In this document: piece after piece, positions 1-11,622 of the stretch
How the letters are laid out: the number at the start of each line of letters is the position of its first letter
Position numbering within the stretch: position 1 is the stretch's first letter
Origin: Mobula hypostoma
Taxonomy: Eukaryota
Direction: 5' to 3'
DNA length: 64,000 nucleotides
Assembly (NCBI RefSeq): GCF_963921235.1
Contig: NC_086097.1
Location: 150,476,001 to 150,540,000, forward strand
Notes under the pieces: model-generated
Databases searched by the model: none
What the model saw: the letters and a program-made list of their open reading frames with translations, nothing else
What the model was told of the DNA's origin: nothing
Made by a program: the position numbers and the translations under genes

Positions 1-59
1 TTGTACCTTCTCTCTACCATCCTTTGCCTTCTTCAATTGGACAAACCAAACCAGGGCCC

Positions 60-990
60 TATGAAAATGCTATGTATCAGCATATAGGAGAGCGACCGAA
101 AATCTGGCTGAGTGGTGCCACAACAACCTCTCACTCAATGTCAGCTCAACCAAGAGCTGAATATTGACTTCAGGAGGAGGAAATCTGAGGTCCATGAGTC
201 AGTCCTCATCAGGGTACCAAAGGTGGAGAGGATCAGCAACTTTAAATTCCCCAGTGTTATCATTTCAGAGGAACTTTCCTGGGCCCAGTACGTAAATGCA
301 ATTATGAAGTACCTCTACTTCCTTAGAAGTTTGTGAAGATTCGCATGCCAGCTAATACTTCAACAAACTTCTATAGATGTGTGGTAGACAGTATATTGAC
401 TGGCTGCATCATCCCCTGATATGGAAGCACCAATGCCTTTGAACAGAAAATCCTACAAAAAGTAGTGGATTTGACCCAATCCATCATAGATAAAGCCCTC
501 CCCTCCACTGTGCACATCTACAAGAAACGTTGTCACAGGAAAGTAGCATTCATCATCAGGGACCCCAGCACCCAGGTCATGCTCTCTTCTTGCGCTGTCA
601 TTAGGAAGACGGTGCAGGAGTCTCAAGACTCACACTACCAGGTTCAGGAATGGTTATTATCCCTCAACCTTTGGACTGTTGAACCAGTGGGGATAAATTC
701 ACTTGTTGCATCACTTAACTATTCCCATGAACCTATGGACTCACTTTCAAAGACTCTTCATCTCATGTTCTCAATACTTAATGTCTATTTATTTATTTAT
801 TTATTTATTATTTTTACTTTCTCTTTTGCCTTTGCACAGTTTGTTGTCTTTTGCACACTGGTTGTTTGACTGCCCTCTTGGGTGTGGTCCTTCATGATAC
901 TTGGATTTACTGAGTATGCCCACAAGAAAACAAATCTCAGGTTTGTATATGGTGACGCATATGTACTTCGATAATAAATTTACTTTAAAT
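60..990 (+). mobile_element. Decayed Rex1/Babar-like LINE 3' fragment (mirror at about 27615-28545, minus)
   Basis: ELNIDFRR...VERISNFKF.SVIISEELSW...LYFLRSL motif; tail gataataaatttacttt. Bounds approximate. Confidence 0.7.
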
Positions 991-1029
991 ATTTAATTTT
1001 TAAACATGCCCACTGCACATTTTCCAAGT

Positions 1030-2700
1030 ATATCCTTTCCCAATTAATGCTCCTAAATTCCTGCCCAATCGCATCATAATTCACCCTCCCCCCCAATTAA
1101 TTAGTTTTCTATATTGTCTCCCAAATGTCACACACTACGAGATCCATTCCTTGATTTCATTCATTGTTTTGTACTCAATCCACTAGTACTCGCTTCTCAG
1201 TCGACCTGTCTGCGTAATGTGTCAGGACTTCTTCCTGGACATACCTAATAAATTCTGCCGCCCTAAAACTTCTGCAGTAAGGAGGTGCCAAACAATACTA
1301 GGTAAGTCCAAGTTACCCATAACAATAACCCTGGTATTTCTGCACTTTCCGGAAATTTGTTACTACTCGGGATTCTATAGAACACTCCCAAAAGTGTGTG
1401 TTCCCTTCTTGTTTCTGACTTCCATCCACATCCACTCAGTAGATGATGCCTCCACAACGTTCTCCCTTTCTGTAGTTGTGATACTACTACTGATTTGCAA
1501 TGCCACTCCGCTACCCCTGTCATTTTGAAATATCTAGAGCCAGAGGCATCCAGCAGCCATCCTCCCCTTGTGACAGCCAGAATGGCCAGAATGTTGTAGT
1601 TCCATGTACTGATCCATGCTCTAAGTTCATCATCTTGTTCCTGAGACTTCTTGCATTAAAATAAGACACATTTCAACCCATCCAACTGAGTGCAAATATG
1701 CTCTCCCCACTGCCTATCCGTCCCCACAGACTCTCTACATGTGTCTACATGTTGCATCTACCTGTACACCGTCTACTCCATCCTCCAACCTATCAGTCCA
1801 GTTCCTAACCCAGGTCAACCTACTTTAAAACCTGCCCAACAACTCTAGCAAACCTGCCTACAAGGATATTGGTTCCCTTCAAGTTGAGGTGTAACCCATC
1901 CTTTTTGTACAGGTCATACTTTCCCCAGAAGAGCCCCAATGATCCACAAATCTTAAACGCTGCCCCGCTGCACCAATTCTTCATCTGCCATATCATCCTA
2001 TTCTTACCCTCACTGGTGCTTGGCACAGGCATCGCCCTTGAGATGCCACACCTGAGGCACGCATTTTAGCGTCCTACCTAACCCCTATATTCACACTTCA
2101 GGACCTCATCTCTTTTCCTACCTATGTCGTTGGTATCACAATTTCTGGCTGCTCATCTCTGCTCTTCAGAATGCTGTGGTCCTGATCCAAGATGTCCCTG
2201 ATGCTAGCACCTGACATGCAATATATCATCATGTGGAGTATTTTTCATTTCCAAAGAATCTCCTGTCTGTACCCTAACAACTGAATCTCCCAACATCATC
2301 ACTCTCCTCTTCTTGCCCTCTTCCCATCTGAACTGTAGTTGCTGCAGCTTTCCCTGGTAGGTTGTCCCCCGGACCAGTATCCAAGGTGGTACTACTTGTG
2401 ATTGAGGAAAATGGCCACAGGAGTTCTCTGCACTGTCTGCCTATTCCCTTTCCCTCTCCTGACAGTCACCCAGCTACCTGTCTCCTGCAATGCAAGTGTA
2501 ACTGCCTCCCTGTAGCTCCTATCTCTCAACTGATTATTCTCCCAAATGAGGCACGGGTCACCCAGCTCCAGTTCTCTAACATGATCTGTAGGGAGTTGCA
2601 CCCAGATGCAGTTCTTGCAGCTGTAGCAATCAAAAAGACTGGAGGTTGCCCAAATCTCCCAGAAGAGGAGCACACCACTGCCCTGGGATCCATTCTCACA
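1030..2700 (-). mobile_element. Decayed CR1 5' part (ORF1 esterase plus endonuclease remnants; mirror at about 25900-27575, plus)
   Basis: DLYKKDGLHLNLKGTNILVGRFAR (GDSL esterase end), WVTVRRGKG, TLLGVFYR. Bounds approximate. Confidence 0.7.
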
Positions 2701-3554
2701 ACTCAAGTTAGGCACTGATAAAGAGAGAAACAGAAAACTGACAAACCTCAACCAAGCCTCCACCTCTCTTGCCAAAGCACCTTGAGCCAAAACCTCAGTT
2801 CCCACTCTAACTCTGTCCTCTCTCTCACACTACCAGGTGCTAGTGTCAAGCCTCACACAAAAACCTCTCCTTTTTATTGGTTTAACCTCTTTTTATTGGC
2901 CCTTGACAAGTGCCTAATAACCCAAGGGATGTTAGACTCTGCAGAAAGTCCTGACAGGTCCACTTGCTTTTTAAATCTGATGTTACTAATCACAAGTTAC
3001 ATATGAATAAAAGCCAATCCACAGAAACAGGATATTCAACCAGTGTCAACAAGACATGGAAGACAACCAGTATGGATAGAAGTACAAAATCTGGCCAGGG
3101 ATTCTTGAATGCCAGGAAGGAAGATTTGTGTTGCAACTTTATAAAATTCTGGTTAGGCCACATCTGGAGTATTGCATACCATGCTGGTTGTCCCGCTATA
3201 GGAAGGGTGTTGAGTGTTGAGGCTTTGGAGAGGGTGAAGAACAGGTTCACCAGGATGCCGCCTGGTTTCGAGGGCATGTGCTATCATGAGAGGCTGGATA
3301 AACTTGGGGTGTTTTCTTTGGCATGTCGGAGGTGGAGGGGAGACCTAATAGGTTTATGAGAGGCATAGATAGAGTGGACAGAGAGTATCTGTTTCCCAGG
3401 GATGAAATGTCCAATAATAGAGGGCATTAATGTAGGCTCAAGTCGGGTGCAAGGGGTAAGTTTTTTCTTGGAAAGCCGTGGATGATTGGAATGTGCTGCC
3501 TGGTATGGTGGCAGAGGCAAATACATTAGAGGCTTTTAGGAGATGTTTAGATAG

Positions 3555-4415
3555 TGTTACGAGAATACACATAAAATTAAGATGTTTGCTGGCCTGGGCT
3601 AGCATCAGTGGCATCAGCAGTTGGTCTGCCACCTGCCCTCAGGGGAAGGAGAGATAAGGAACAATGGAGCAGCGTCTGGAGATGTGTAATGAAGGGATGT
3701 GGGAGGAAGAGCTGTCTGGAGCGGCTCCCCCCTTTGAACCCTGAACTGTTTGAAGTGATGGACAGGCGATACCCCAGCAGGGGGATAAAAAGGGACAGGT
3801 TCGCTAAGACAGACACACACACGCCACCCGAGGTAACGAGACCCTGGAAGCGGTGCGCCTCTCACGAGTGGGTGAGAAGTGCCAGACAACGACAAGGGTG
3901 GAAAGGTACGATCAGCGGGAACCCGGTGTGTGTCCGCCCTTGCCTGGGTGCCGGGTTCACTGCAGAGGATCGACCGCATCTGGAGGAGGGGTCACAGTCG
4001 GTGACCTCAGGTGACATCACCAAGGACCCGCCCAAATGCTGTTTGTGAGCCATCCCGCTGGTCTGTGAGTGAAGCCGTTCTGAATGATCAGTTGTTCCTA
4101 TTCTATGTCTCTCTTCCCCCACCTTGTCCATCGCCATGGCCACGATTACTGCGAACTGAACTACTAACTGGACTGAACTTTGAGTCATTTTGAAATTGGT
4201 CATTTACCCCTAGACAACGATAGAGCTTGATTGATGCTGTTATCTTAATTCTGTGCACATGTGCGTTTATCATCGCTGAACTGTTGCATTTATTATCCTT
4301 TCGATTAATGTGTTGCTTGTTTCTTTAATAAAACTTTCTTAGTTCTAGTACTCCAGACTCCAACTGAGTGATCCATTTCTGCTGGTTTGGCAACCCAGTT
4401 ACGGGGTACGTAACA
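3555..4415 (+). repeat. LTR 1 (861 bp)
   Basis: TG...CA with 7-bp terminal inverted repeat; GATAAAA TATA-like motif near 3784; AATAAA at 4327-4332. Confidence 0.95.
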
Positions 4416-4419
4416 TAAG

Positions 4420-4445
4420 TGGGGTTCTCGTCCGCGATTTTGAAC
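4420..4445 (+). promoter_or_regulatory. Primer binding site, tRNA-Pro-like (second copy at 8540-8565)
   Basis: TGGGGTTCTCGTCCGCGATTTTGAAC, 4 nt after the LTR, resembles the complement of the tRNA-Pro 3' end (TGGGGGCTCGTCCGGGATTTGAAC) with a few mismatches/indels. Confidence 0.75.
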
Positions 4446-4514
4446 GCTAAATTTGGGACGGAGTAAATTGATTGGGTTAAAATTCCCGAAAGAAAGAAAA
4501 GACAAACAGCAGAA

Positions 4515-7502
4515 ATGGAGGTTGAGGAATTTATAAAGGCGCCGACCTTGGAGGCATTAGAGGATGCCAGGAAATCGGAATTGATAGCTGTGGCCAAACG
4601 GGTGAATCTTGCTAAGGTGAAGTCGACAATGAGGAGAGAGGAGATACACAGAGCTATTGTAGAGCACTATGTATCTAAAGGTGTGTTTCCCCAAGGTGAG
4701 CTGGGGGTGGTGTCTATTGAAAAACCTGCTGGAGACGCGGTACAGGTACAGCTTGAAAAACTGAGACTCGAGCACGAGTTCCGGGTACGGCAGTTAGAAC
4801 ACGAAGAGAAGCAGTTAGAAAGGCAGGAGAAAGAGAGAGAGTTAGAAAGGCAGGAGAAAGAGAGAGAGTTAGAAAGGCAGGAGAAAGAGAGAGAGTTAGA
4901 AAGGCGGGAGAAAGAGAGAGAGTTAGAAAGGCGGGAGAGAGAGAGAGAGTTAGAAAGGCGGGAGAGAGAGAAAGAGGTAGAAAGGCAAGAGAGAGAAAGA
5001 CAGTTGGAGAGAGAAGAGAGAGAGAGGGACAGACAGTTGGAGAGAGAGGAGAAACAGAGGGAAAGGGAATTTGAGCTGGAGAAGTTAAAGATAAGGGCCG
5101 AGCAGGGGCTCGTGCCGAACCAAGGTGGAGGGTTCCGGGCGACCCAGGAGGTTAGGCTGGTTCCCCCATTTGACGATACCGATGTGGATCGGTACTTTCT
5201 CCACTTCGAAAAGGTGGCTATAAGTCAGGAATGGCCGAGGGATAAGTGGGTTGTCTTACTTCAGAGTGTACTGAAAGGGAAGGCCCAACAAGCTTACTCC
5301 GCTTTATCCGCGGAAGATGCCCAGAAGTATGAGGTGGTGAAGGAGGCCATCCTCAGGATTTATGAGTTGGTCCCGGAGGCATACCGGCAGAGGTTCCGGA
5401 ATGCGAGGAAGCGGTGGGACCGCACGTATTTGGAGTTTGCTCGCGAGATGCAAACATATTGTGAGCGTTGGTGCGCCTCGAAGGGGGTAGAGGGGGATTA
5501 TGACAGACTGCTGCAGCTGATTCTGATTGAGCAGTTTAAAGGTTGTGTCCCTGAGGGTATGAGACCCTACCTCGATGAGAAAGAGGCAGCCACGTTAGCC
5601 GCAACTGCTAAGTTAGCGGATGAGTATGCGTTGACGCATAAAATGAAGTTTGCCTCGAGTAAAGGCTACCAGAAGGGTAGTCAGGACGGCGGGGAGAATC
5701 CACCGGAAAAGTCAGAAAGTAAGCCGGGGACTAGTGAAAAGGATAAGGTAGACCGGGAGCAGTCTGGTAGGAAGTCTCCTGGGGTCGTCTGTTATAATTG
5801 TGGGAAAGTCGGACACTTTGCGTCCAGGTGCTTTGCCCCAAGGAAGGAGACGGGGAAAGGAAAAGCGGAAATTTTGAATGGCTGTATCGAGCTGTTAAGC
5901 GAACCGCTAGGGAAGGACAGGTCTGAAAAAGTCCAGGAAGGGCGCGAGAGGTTTATCTCGGCCGGACTGGTGTCAGTGAAAAAGAGGTTAAAACCAGTTC
6001 CAGTGCGGATCTGGAGAGACACGGGAGCGTGTCAATCATTGATATTGAAGAGTGTATTAGAGTTTAGCTCAGAGACCCAGACTGGGGAGGTAGAGGTCAA
6101 AGGTGTTGGGGAAGGGACAGAGTCAGTCCCTTTGCACCAGATACATTTACAGAGCAACCTGGTCTCTGGACTAGTCACGATCGGGGTGAGGTCCGAATTA
6201 CCGATGAAAGACGTGGAAGTCTTGCTCGGTAATGATATCGCCGGAGGAATCGTGTTCCCAGTCGTGAGATTGACGGGTCAGCCTGCCAGCATGGAGGCCC
6301 CGCCCGCGATGGTGAATTTGGCTGAAACATTCCTGCCAACCTTGTATGAGACAGGGTGTAGTGAGATAAGAGGTAGTGAGGGAGCTGGGACGGACGTAGC
6401 AGTAGCCAGGAAAGAATTTGTGCAGACGCAGGAGCGAGACGAGGGGCTGATGGTTTTTGCCGAGACCGCTCTCTCTGACACAGCCTTGACAAGGGAACTA
6501 GTAGGCTATTGTGCGGATGAGGAAGTGCTAAGGAAGAAAGGGAAATCAAGGACAGTATCCGCAGATGAGGAGTGGGGGGTGGTGCAAAAGAGTTATGGGG
6601 ATGAGGTTTTTAACATGGCCCACGAGGTACCCCCCGGTGGACATTTTGCGGTGCTGGAGGAAACAGTTGGTGGAATCATGAAAGAGATTTACCGGCTGCC
6701 CAGGGGGAAAAATGTTATTGATCATGACCGACGCGAACTGAGACGGTCACCGGCTTTTGATATGCTAACAAACCTGGTCGGTGTTAGCGTGGAAATCAAT
6801 GAAGCTAGGGGCCCCCTGCTAAGAGGAAAAAACCATTTTGAAAAGATTAGGATGGGATCGGTCAGATGGGAGAAGGCTATTGTTTTGGCCAGGTCTACTG
6901 ATAAGGTCTCTCCCTTAATCCCCGAAGGAGTAATTAAACGACTCGCACCCATGTGTTTGATTGTCCCGAGGAAATGCAAAGAACTGGGACGTTGGGTGAT
7001 TGTGGTTACAATAGGGCAGCCAAGTAAACAACACCCATATTTTTCGAGTAATTCAGTGACTAAAGGGCTGATGAACACAGAGGTGTGTATTGGCAATTTA
7101 ACACGGCTGTCTGAAGCCAGCTTGATAGTGAACCTTGAAAAAAATGAATTCGGCCACACGAAGGTCACTTACCTGGGAATTGTGGTGACACAGGGGCAGC
7201 TGGCAGTGATGCAAGCTACAGTGCAGGCTATCGCTGACCTCCCAACCCCGACAGACAAGAGGGCCCTCAGAAGGCTCTTGGAGATGGTGGGGTACTGCAG
7301 GAAGTTTTGCAATAACTCTGCGGTCAATACCCGTCCCCCTCCTACTAAGCCCTTGCGAGAGAAAACTGAGTCGGAATGGGACGACCCTTGTTGTTGTGGT
7401 CCGGGACAAAACCAAATGAGAGGTTACATTGGTCGCAATTCATCAGTGTTTTTGGCCACTCTGAAGTTTGCTGAGTTGGAGCCTGGTCTAAGGGATTATT
7501 AA
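4515..7502 (+). CDS. 995-aa Gag(SCAN-like, CCHC)-protease polyprotein with in-frame remnants of integrase and RT, copy 1
   Basis: E/R-rich helix; YELVPEAYRQRFR...LEQF-type SCAN-like capsid; CYNCGKVGHFASRC knuckle near 5790; RDTGA protease at 6018; AHEVPPGGH integrase zinc-finger remnant; LEKNEF..VTYLG..LRRLLEMVGYCRKF RT thumb remnant. Confidence 0.9.
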   Translation: MEVEEFIKAPTLEALEDARKSELIAVAKRVNLAKVKSTMRREEIHRAIVEHYVSKGVFPQGELGVVSIEKPAGDAVQVQLEKLRLEHEFRVRQLEHEEKQLERQEKERELERQEKERELERQEKERELERREKERELERRERERELERREREKEVERQERERQLEREERERDRQLEREEKQREREFELEKLKIRAEQGLVPNQGGGFRATQEVRLVPPFDDTDVDRYFLHFEKVAISQEWPRDKWVVLLQSVLKGKAQQAYSALSAEDAQKYEVVKEAILRIYELVPEAYRQRFRNARKRWDRTYLEFAREMQTYCERWCASKGVEGDYDRLLQLILIEQFKGCVPEGMRPYLDEKEAATLAATAKLADEYALTHKMKFASSKGYQKGSQDGGENPPEKSESKPGTSEKDKVDREQSGRKSPGVVCYNCGKVGHFASRCFAPRKETGKGKAEILNGCIELLSEPLGKDRSEKVQEGRERFISAGLVSVKKRLKPVPVRIWRDTGACQSLILKSVLEFSSETQTGEVEVKGVGEGTESVPLHQIHLQSNLVSGLVTIGVRSELPMKDVEVLLGNDIAGGIVFPVVRLTGQPASMEAPPAMVNLAETFLPTLYETGCSEIRGSEGAGTDVAVARKEFVQTQERDEGLMVFAETALSDTALTRELVGYCADEEVLRKKGKSRTVSADEEWGVVQKSYGDEVFNMAHEVPPGGHFAVLEETVGGIMKEIYRLPRGKNVIDHDRRELRRSPAFDMLTNLVGVSVEINEARGPLLRGKNHFEKIRMGSVRWEKAIVLARSTDKVSPLIPEGVIKRLAPMCLIVPRKCKELGRWVIVVTIGQPSKQHPYFSSNSVTKGLMNTEVCIGNLTRLSEASLIVNLEKNEFGHTKVTYLGIVVTQGQLAVMQATVQAIADLPTPTDKRALRRLLEMVGYCRKFCNNSAVNTRPPPTKPLREKTESEWDDPCCCGPGQNQMRGYIGRNSSVFLATLKFAELEPGLRDY
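4812..5000 (+). repeat. 27-bp coding minisatellite, about 7 units (ELERQEKER); second copy at 8932-9120
   Basis: Tandem units of gagttagaaaggcaggagaaagagaga. Confidence 0.9.
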
Positions 7503-7662
7503 TAACACGTGTAAAAGGAACAGAAAATGTGATGACTGTCTGTCAAGGTGTTGACAGCTTCAAATTCTCTGTATTAGCTAAATAACTGTTAAAGATGTAT
7601 ATTGTGTATGTATCAGATAATGTAGTCATGTTTGTAATTTTTACCTCCCGGTAAAAATCCTT

Positions 7663-7674
7663 AAAGGGGGGAAG
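7663..7674 (+). promoter_or_regulatory. Polypurine tract (second copy at 11783-11794)
   Basis: AAAGGGGGGAAG directly abutting the LTR's TG. Confidence 0.85.
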
Positions 7675-8535
7675 TGTTACGAGAATACACATAAAATTAA
7701 GATGTTTGCTGGCCTGGGCTAGCATCAGTGGCATCAGCAGTTGGTCTGCCACCTGCCCTCAGGGGAAGGAGAGATAAGGAACAATGGAGCAGCGTCTGGA
7801 GATGTGTAATGAAGGGATGTGGGAGGAAGAGCTGTCTGGAGCGGCTCCCCCCTTTGAACCCTGAACTGTTTGAAGTGATGGACAGGCGATACCCCAGCAG
7901 GGGGATAAAAAGGGACAGGTTCGCTAAGACAGACACACACACGCCACCCGAGGTAACGAGACCCTGGAAGCGGTGCGCCTCTCACGAGTGGGTGAGAAGT
8001 GCCAGACAACGACAAGGGTGGAAAGGTACGATCAGCGGGAACCCGGTGTGTGTCCGCCCTTGCCTGGGTGCCGGGTTCACTGCAGAGGATCGACCGCATC
8101 TGGAGGAGGGGTCACAGTCGGTGACCTCAGGTGACATCACCAAGGACCCGCCCAAATGCTGTTTGTGAGCCATCCCGCTGGTCTGTGAGTGAAGCCGTTC
8201 TGAATGATCAGTTGTTCCTATTCTATGTCTCTCTTCCCCCACCTTGTCCATCGCCATGGCCACGATTACTGCGAACTGAACTACTAACTGGACTGAACTT
8301 TGAGTCATTTTGAAATTGGTCATTTACCCCTAGACAACGATAGAGCTTGATTGATGCTGTTATCTTAATTCTGTGCACATGTGCGTTTATCATCGCTGAA
8401 CTGTTGCATTTATTATCCTTTCGATTAATGTGTTGCTTGTTTCTTTAATAAAACTTTCTTAGTTCTAGTACTCCAGACTCCAACTGAGTGATCCATTTCT
8501 GCTGGTTTGGCAACCCAGTTACGGGGTACGTAACA
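7675..8535 (+). repeat. LTR 2 (shared middle LTR)
   Basis: Appears identical to LTR 1; preceded by a PPT and followed by a PBS. Confidence 0.95.
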
Positions 8536-8634
8536 TAAGTGGGGTTCTCGTCCGCGATTTTGAACGCTAAATTTGGGACGGAGTAAATTGATTGGGTTAA
8601 AATTCCCGAAAGAAAGAAAAGACAAACAGCAGAA

Positions 8635-11622
8635 ATGGAGGTTGAGGAATTTATAAAGGCGCCGACCTTGGAGGCATTAGAGGATGCCAGGAAATCGGAA
8701 TTGATAGCTGTGGCCAAACGGGTGAATCTTGCTAAGGTGAAGTCGACAATGAGGAGAGAGGAGATACACAGAGCTATTGTAGAGCACTATGTATCTAAAG
8801 GTGTGTTTCCCCAAGGTGAGCTGGGGGTGGTGTCTATTGAAAAACCTGCTGGAGACGCGGTACAGGTACAGCTTGAAAAACTGAGACTCGAGCACGAGTT
8901 CCGGGTACGGCAGTTAGAACACGAAGAGAAGCAGTTAGAAAGGCAGGAGAAAGAGAGAGAGTTAGAAAGGCAGGAGAAAGAGAGAGAGTTAGAAAGGCAG
9001 GAGAAAGAGAGAGAGTTAGAAAGGCGGGAGAAAGAGAGAGAGTTAGAAAGGCGGGAGAGAGAGAGAGAGTTAGAAAGGCGGGAGAGAGAGAAAGAGGTAG
9101 AAAGGCAAGAGAGAGAAAGACAGTTGGAGAGAGAAGAGAGAGAGAGGGACAGACAGTTGGAGAGAGAGGAGAAACAGAGGGAAAGGGAATTTGAGCTGGA
9201 GAAGTTAAAGATAAGGGCCGAGCAGGGGCTCGTGCCGAACCAAGGTGGAGGGTTCCGGGCGACCCAGGAGGTTAGGCTGGTTCCCCCATTTGACGATACC
9301 GATGTGGATCGGTACTTTCTCCACTTCGAAAAGGTGGCTATAAGTCAGGAATGGCCGAGGGATAAGTGGGTTGTCTTACTTCAGAGTGTACTGAAAGGGA
9401 AGGCCCAACAAGCTTACTTCGCTTTATCCGCGGAAGATGCCCAGAAGTATGAGGTGGTGAAGGAGGCCATCCTCAGGATTTATGAGTTGGTCCCGGAGGC
9501 ATACCGGCAGAGGTTCCGGAATGCGAGGAAGCGGTGGGACCGCACGTATTTGGAGTTTGCTCGCGAGATGCAAACATATTGTGAGCGTTGGTGCGCCTCG
9601 AAGGGGGTAGAGGGGGATTATGACAGACTGCTGCAGCTGATTCTGATTGAGCAGTTTAAAGGTTGTGTCCCTGAGGGTATGAGACCCTACCTCGATGAGA
9701 AAGAGGCAGCCACGTTAGCCGCAACTGCTAAGTTAGCGGATGAGTATGCGTTGACGCATAAAATGAAGTTTGCCTCGAGTAAAGGCTACCAGAAGGGTAG
9801 TCAGGACGGCGGGGAGAGTCCACCGGAAAAGTCAGAAAGTAAGCCGGGGACTAGTGAAAAGGATAAGGTAGACCGGGAGCAGTCTGGTAGGAAGTCTCCT
9901 GGGGTCGTCTGTTATAATTGTGGGAAAGTCGGACACTTTGCGTCCAGGTGCTTTGCCCCAAGGAAGGAGACGGGGAAAGGAAAAGCGGAAATTTTGAATG
10001 GCTGTATCGAGCTGTTAAGCGAACCGCTAGGGAAGGACAGGTCTGAAAAAGTCCAGGAAGGGCGCGAGAGGTTTATCTCGGCCGGACTGGTGTCAGTGAA
10101 AAAGAGGTTAAAACCAGTTCCAGTGCGGATCTGGAGAGACACGGGAGCGTGTCAATCATTGATATTGAAGAGTGTATTAGAGTTTAGCTCAGAGACCCAG
10201 ACTGGGGAGGTAGAGGTCAAAGGTGTTGGGGAAGGGACAGAGTCAGTCCCTTTGCACCAGATACATTTACAGAGCAACCTGGTCTCTGGACTAGTCACGA
10301 TCGGGGTGAGGTCCGAATTACCGATGAAAGACGTGGAAGTCTTGCTCGGTAATGATATCGCCGGAGGAATCGTGTTCCCAGTCGTGAGATTGACGGGTCA
10401 GCCTGCCAGCATGGAGGCCCCGCCCGCGATGGTGAATTTGGCTGAAACATTCCTGCCAACCTTGTATGAGACAGGGTGTAGTGAGATAAGAGGTAGTGAG
10501 GGAGCTGGGACGGACGTAGCAGTAGCCAGGAAAGAATTTGTGCAGACGCAGGAGCGAGACGAGGGGCTGATGGTTTTTGCCGAGACCGCTCTCTCTGACA
10601 CAGCCTTGACAAGGGAACTAGTAGGCTATTGTGCGGATGAGGAAGTGCTAAGGAAGAAAGGGAAATCAAGGACAGTATCCGCAGATGAGGAGTGGGGGGT
10701 GGTGCAAAAGAGTTATGGGGATGAGGTTTTTAACATGGCCCACGAGGTACCCCCCGGTGGACATTTTGCGGTGCTGGAGGAAACAGTTGGTGGAATCATG
10801 AAAGAGATTTACCGGCTGCCCAGGGGGAAAAATGTTATTGATCATGACCGACGCGAACTGAGACGGTCACCGGCTTTTGATATGCTAACAAACCTGGTCG
10901 GTGTTAGCGTGGAAATCAATGAAGCTAGGGGCCCCCTGCTAAGAGGAAAAAACCATTTTGAAAAGATTAGGATGGGATCGGTCAGATGGGAGAAGGCTAT
11001 TGTTTTGGCCAGGTCTACTGATAAGGTCTCTCCCTTAATCCCCGAAGGAGTAATTAAACGACTCGCACCCATGTGTTTGATTGTCCCGAGGAAATGCAAA
11101 GAACTGGGACGTTGGGTGATTGTGGTTACAATAGGGCAGCCAAGTAAACAACACCCATATTTTTCGAGTAATTCAGTGACTAAAGGGCTGATAAACACAG
11201 AGGTGTGTATTGGCAATTTAACACGGCTGTCTGAAGCCAGCTTGATAGTGAACCTTGAAAAAAATGAATTCGGCCACACGAAGGTCACTTACCTGGGAAT
11301 TGTGGTGACACAGGGGCAGCTGGCAGTGATGCAAGCTACAGTGCAGGCTATCGCTGACCTCCCAACCCCGACAGACAAGAGGGCCCTCAGAAGGCTCTTG
11401 GAGATGGTGGGGTACTGCAGGAAGTTTTGCAATAACTCTGCGGTCAATACCCGTCCCCCTCCTACTAAGCCCTTGCGAGAGAAAACTGAGTCGGAATGGG
11501 ACGACCCTTGTTGTTGTGGTCCGGGACAAAACCAAATGAGAGGTTACATTGGTCGCAATTCATCAGTGTTTTTGGCCACTCTGAAGTTTGCTGAGTTGGA
11601 GCCTGGTCTAAGGGATTATTAA
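8635..11622 (+). CDS. 995-aa Gag-protease-degenerate pol polyprotein, copy 2
   Basis: Same as copy 1 except S>F (9419), N>S (9818) and M>I (11193). Confidence 0.9.
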   Translation: MEVEEFIKAPTLEALEDARKSELIAVAKRVNLAKVKSTMRREEIHRAIVEHYVSKGVFPQGELGVVSIEKPAGDAVQVQLEKLRLEHEFRVRQLEHEEKQLERQEKERELERQEKERELERQEKERELERREKERELERRERERELERREREKEVERQERERQLEREERERDRQLEREEKQREREFELEKLKIRAEQGLVPNQGGGFRATQEVRLVPPFDDTDVDRYFLHFEKVAISQEWPRDKWVVLLQSVLKGKAQQAYFALSAEDAQKYEVVKEAILRIYELVPEAYRQRFRNARKRWDRTYLEFAREMQTYCERWCASKGVEGDYDRLLQLILIEQFKGCVPEGMRPYLDEKEAATLAATAKLADEYALTHKMKFASSKGYQKGSQDGGESPPEKSESKPGTSEKDKVDREQSGRKSPGVVCYNCGKVGHFASRCFAPRKETGKGKAEILNGCIELLSEPLGKDRSEKVQEGRERFISAGLVSVKKRLKPVPVRIWRDTGACQSLILKSVLEFSSETQTGEVEVKGVGEGTESVPLHQIHLQSNLVSGLVTIGVRSELPMKDVEVLLGNDIAGGIVFPVVRLTGQPASMEAPPAMVNLAETFLPTLYETGCSEIRGSEGAGTDVAVARKEFVQTQERDEGLMVFAETALSDTALTRELVGYCADEEVLRKKGKSRTVSADEEWGVVQKSYGDEVFNMAHEVPPGGHFAVLEETVGGIMKEIYRLPRGKNVIDHDRRELRRSPAFDMLTNLVGVSVEINEARGPLLRGKNHFEKIRMGSVRWEKAIVLARSTDKVSPLIPEGVIKRLAPMCLIVPRKCKELGRWVIVVTIGQPSKQHPYFSSNSVTKGLINTEVCIGNLTRLSEASLIVNLEKNEFGHTKVTYLGIVVTQGQLAVMQATVQAIADLPTPTDKRALRRLLEMVGYCRKFCNNSAVNTRPPPTKPLREKTESEWDDPCCCGPGQNQMRGYIGRNSSVFLATLKFAELEPGLRDY

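Noticed and set aside
3577..4203. Overlapping 81-146 aa ORFs in each LTR as accessory genes or env
   Set aside because: Several start at non-ATG codons, none has a recognisable motif, and they recur only because the LTR is repeated.
4515..7502. Domesticated SCAN gene or autonomous retrovirus
   Set aside because: It is flanked by LTRs, PBS, PPT and a TSD; it has no C2H2 array or env; the RT and IN catalytic cores are missing.
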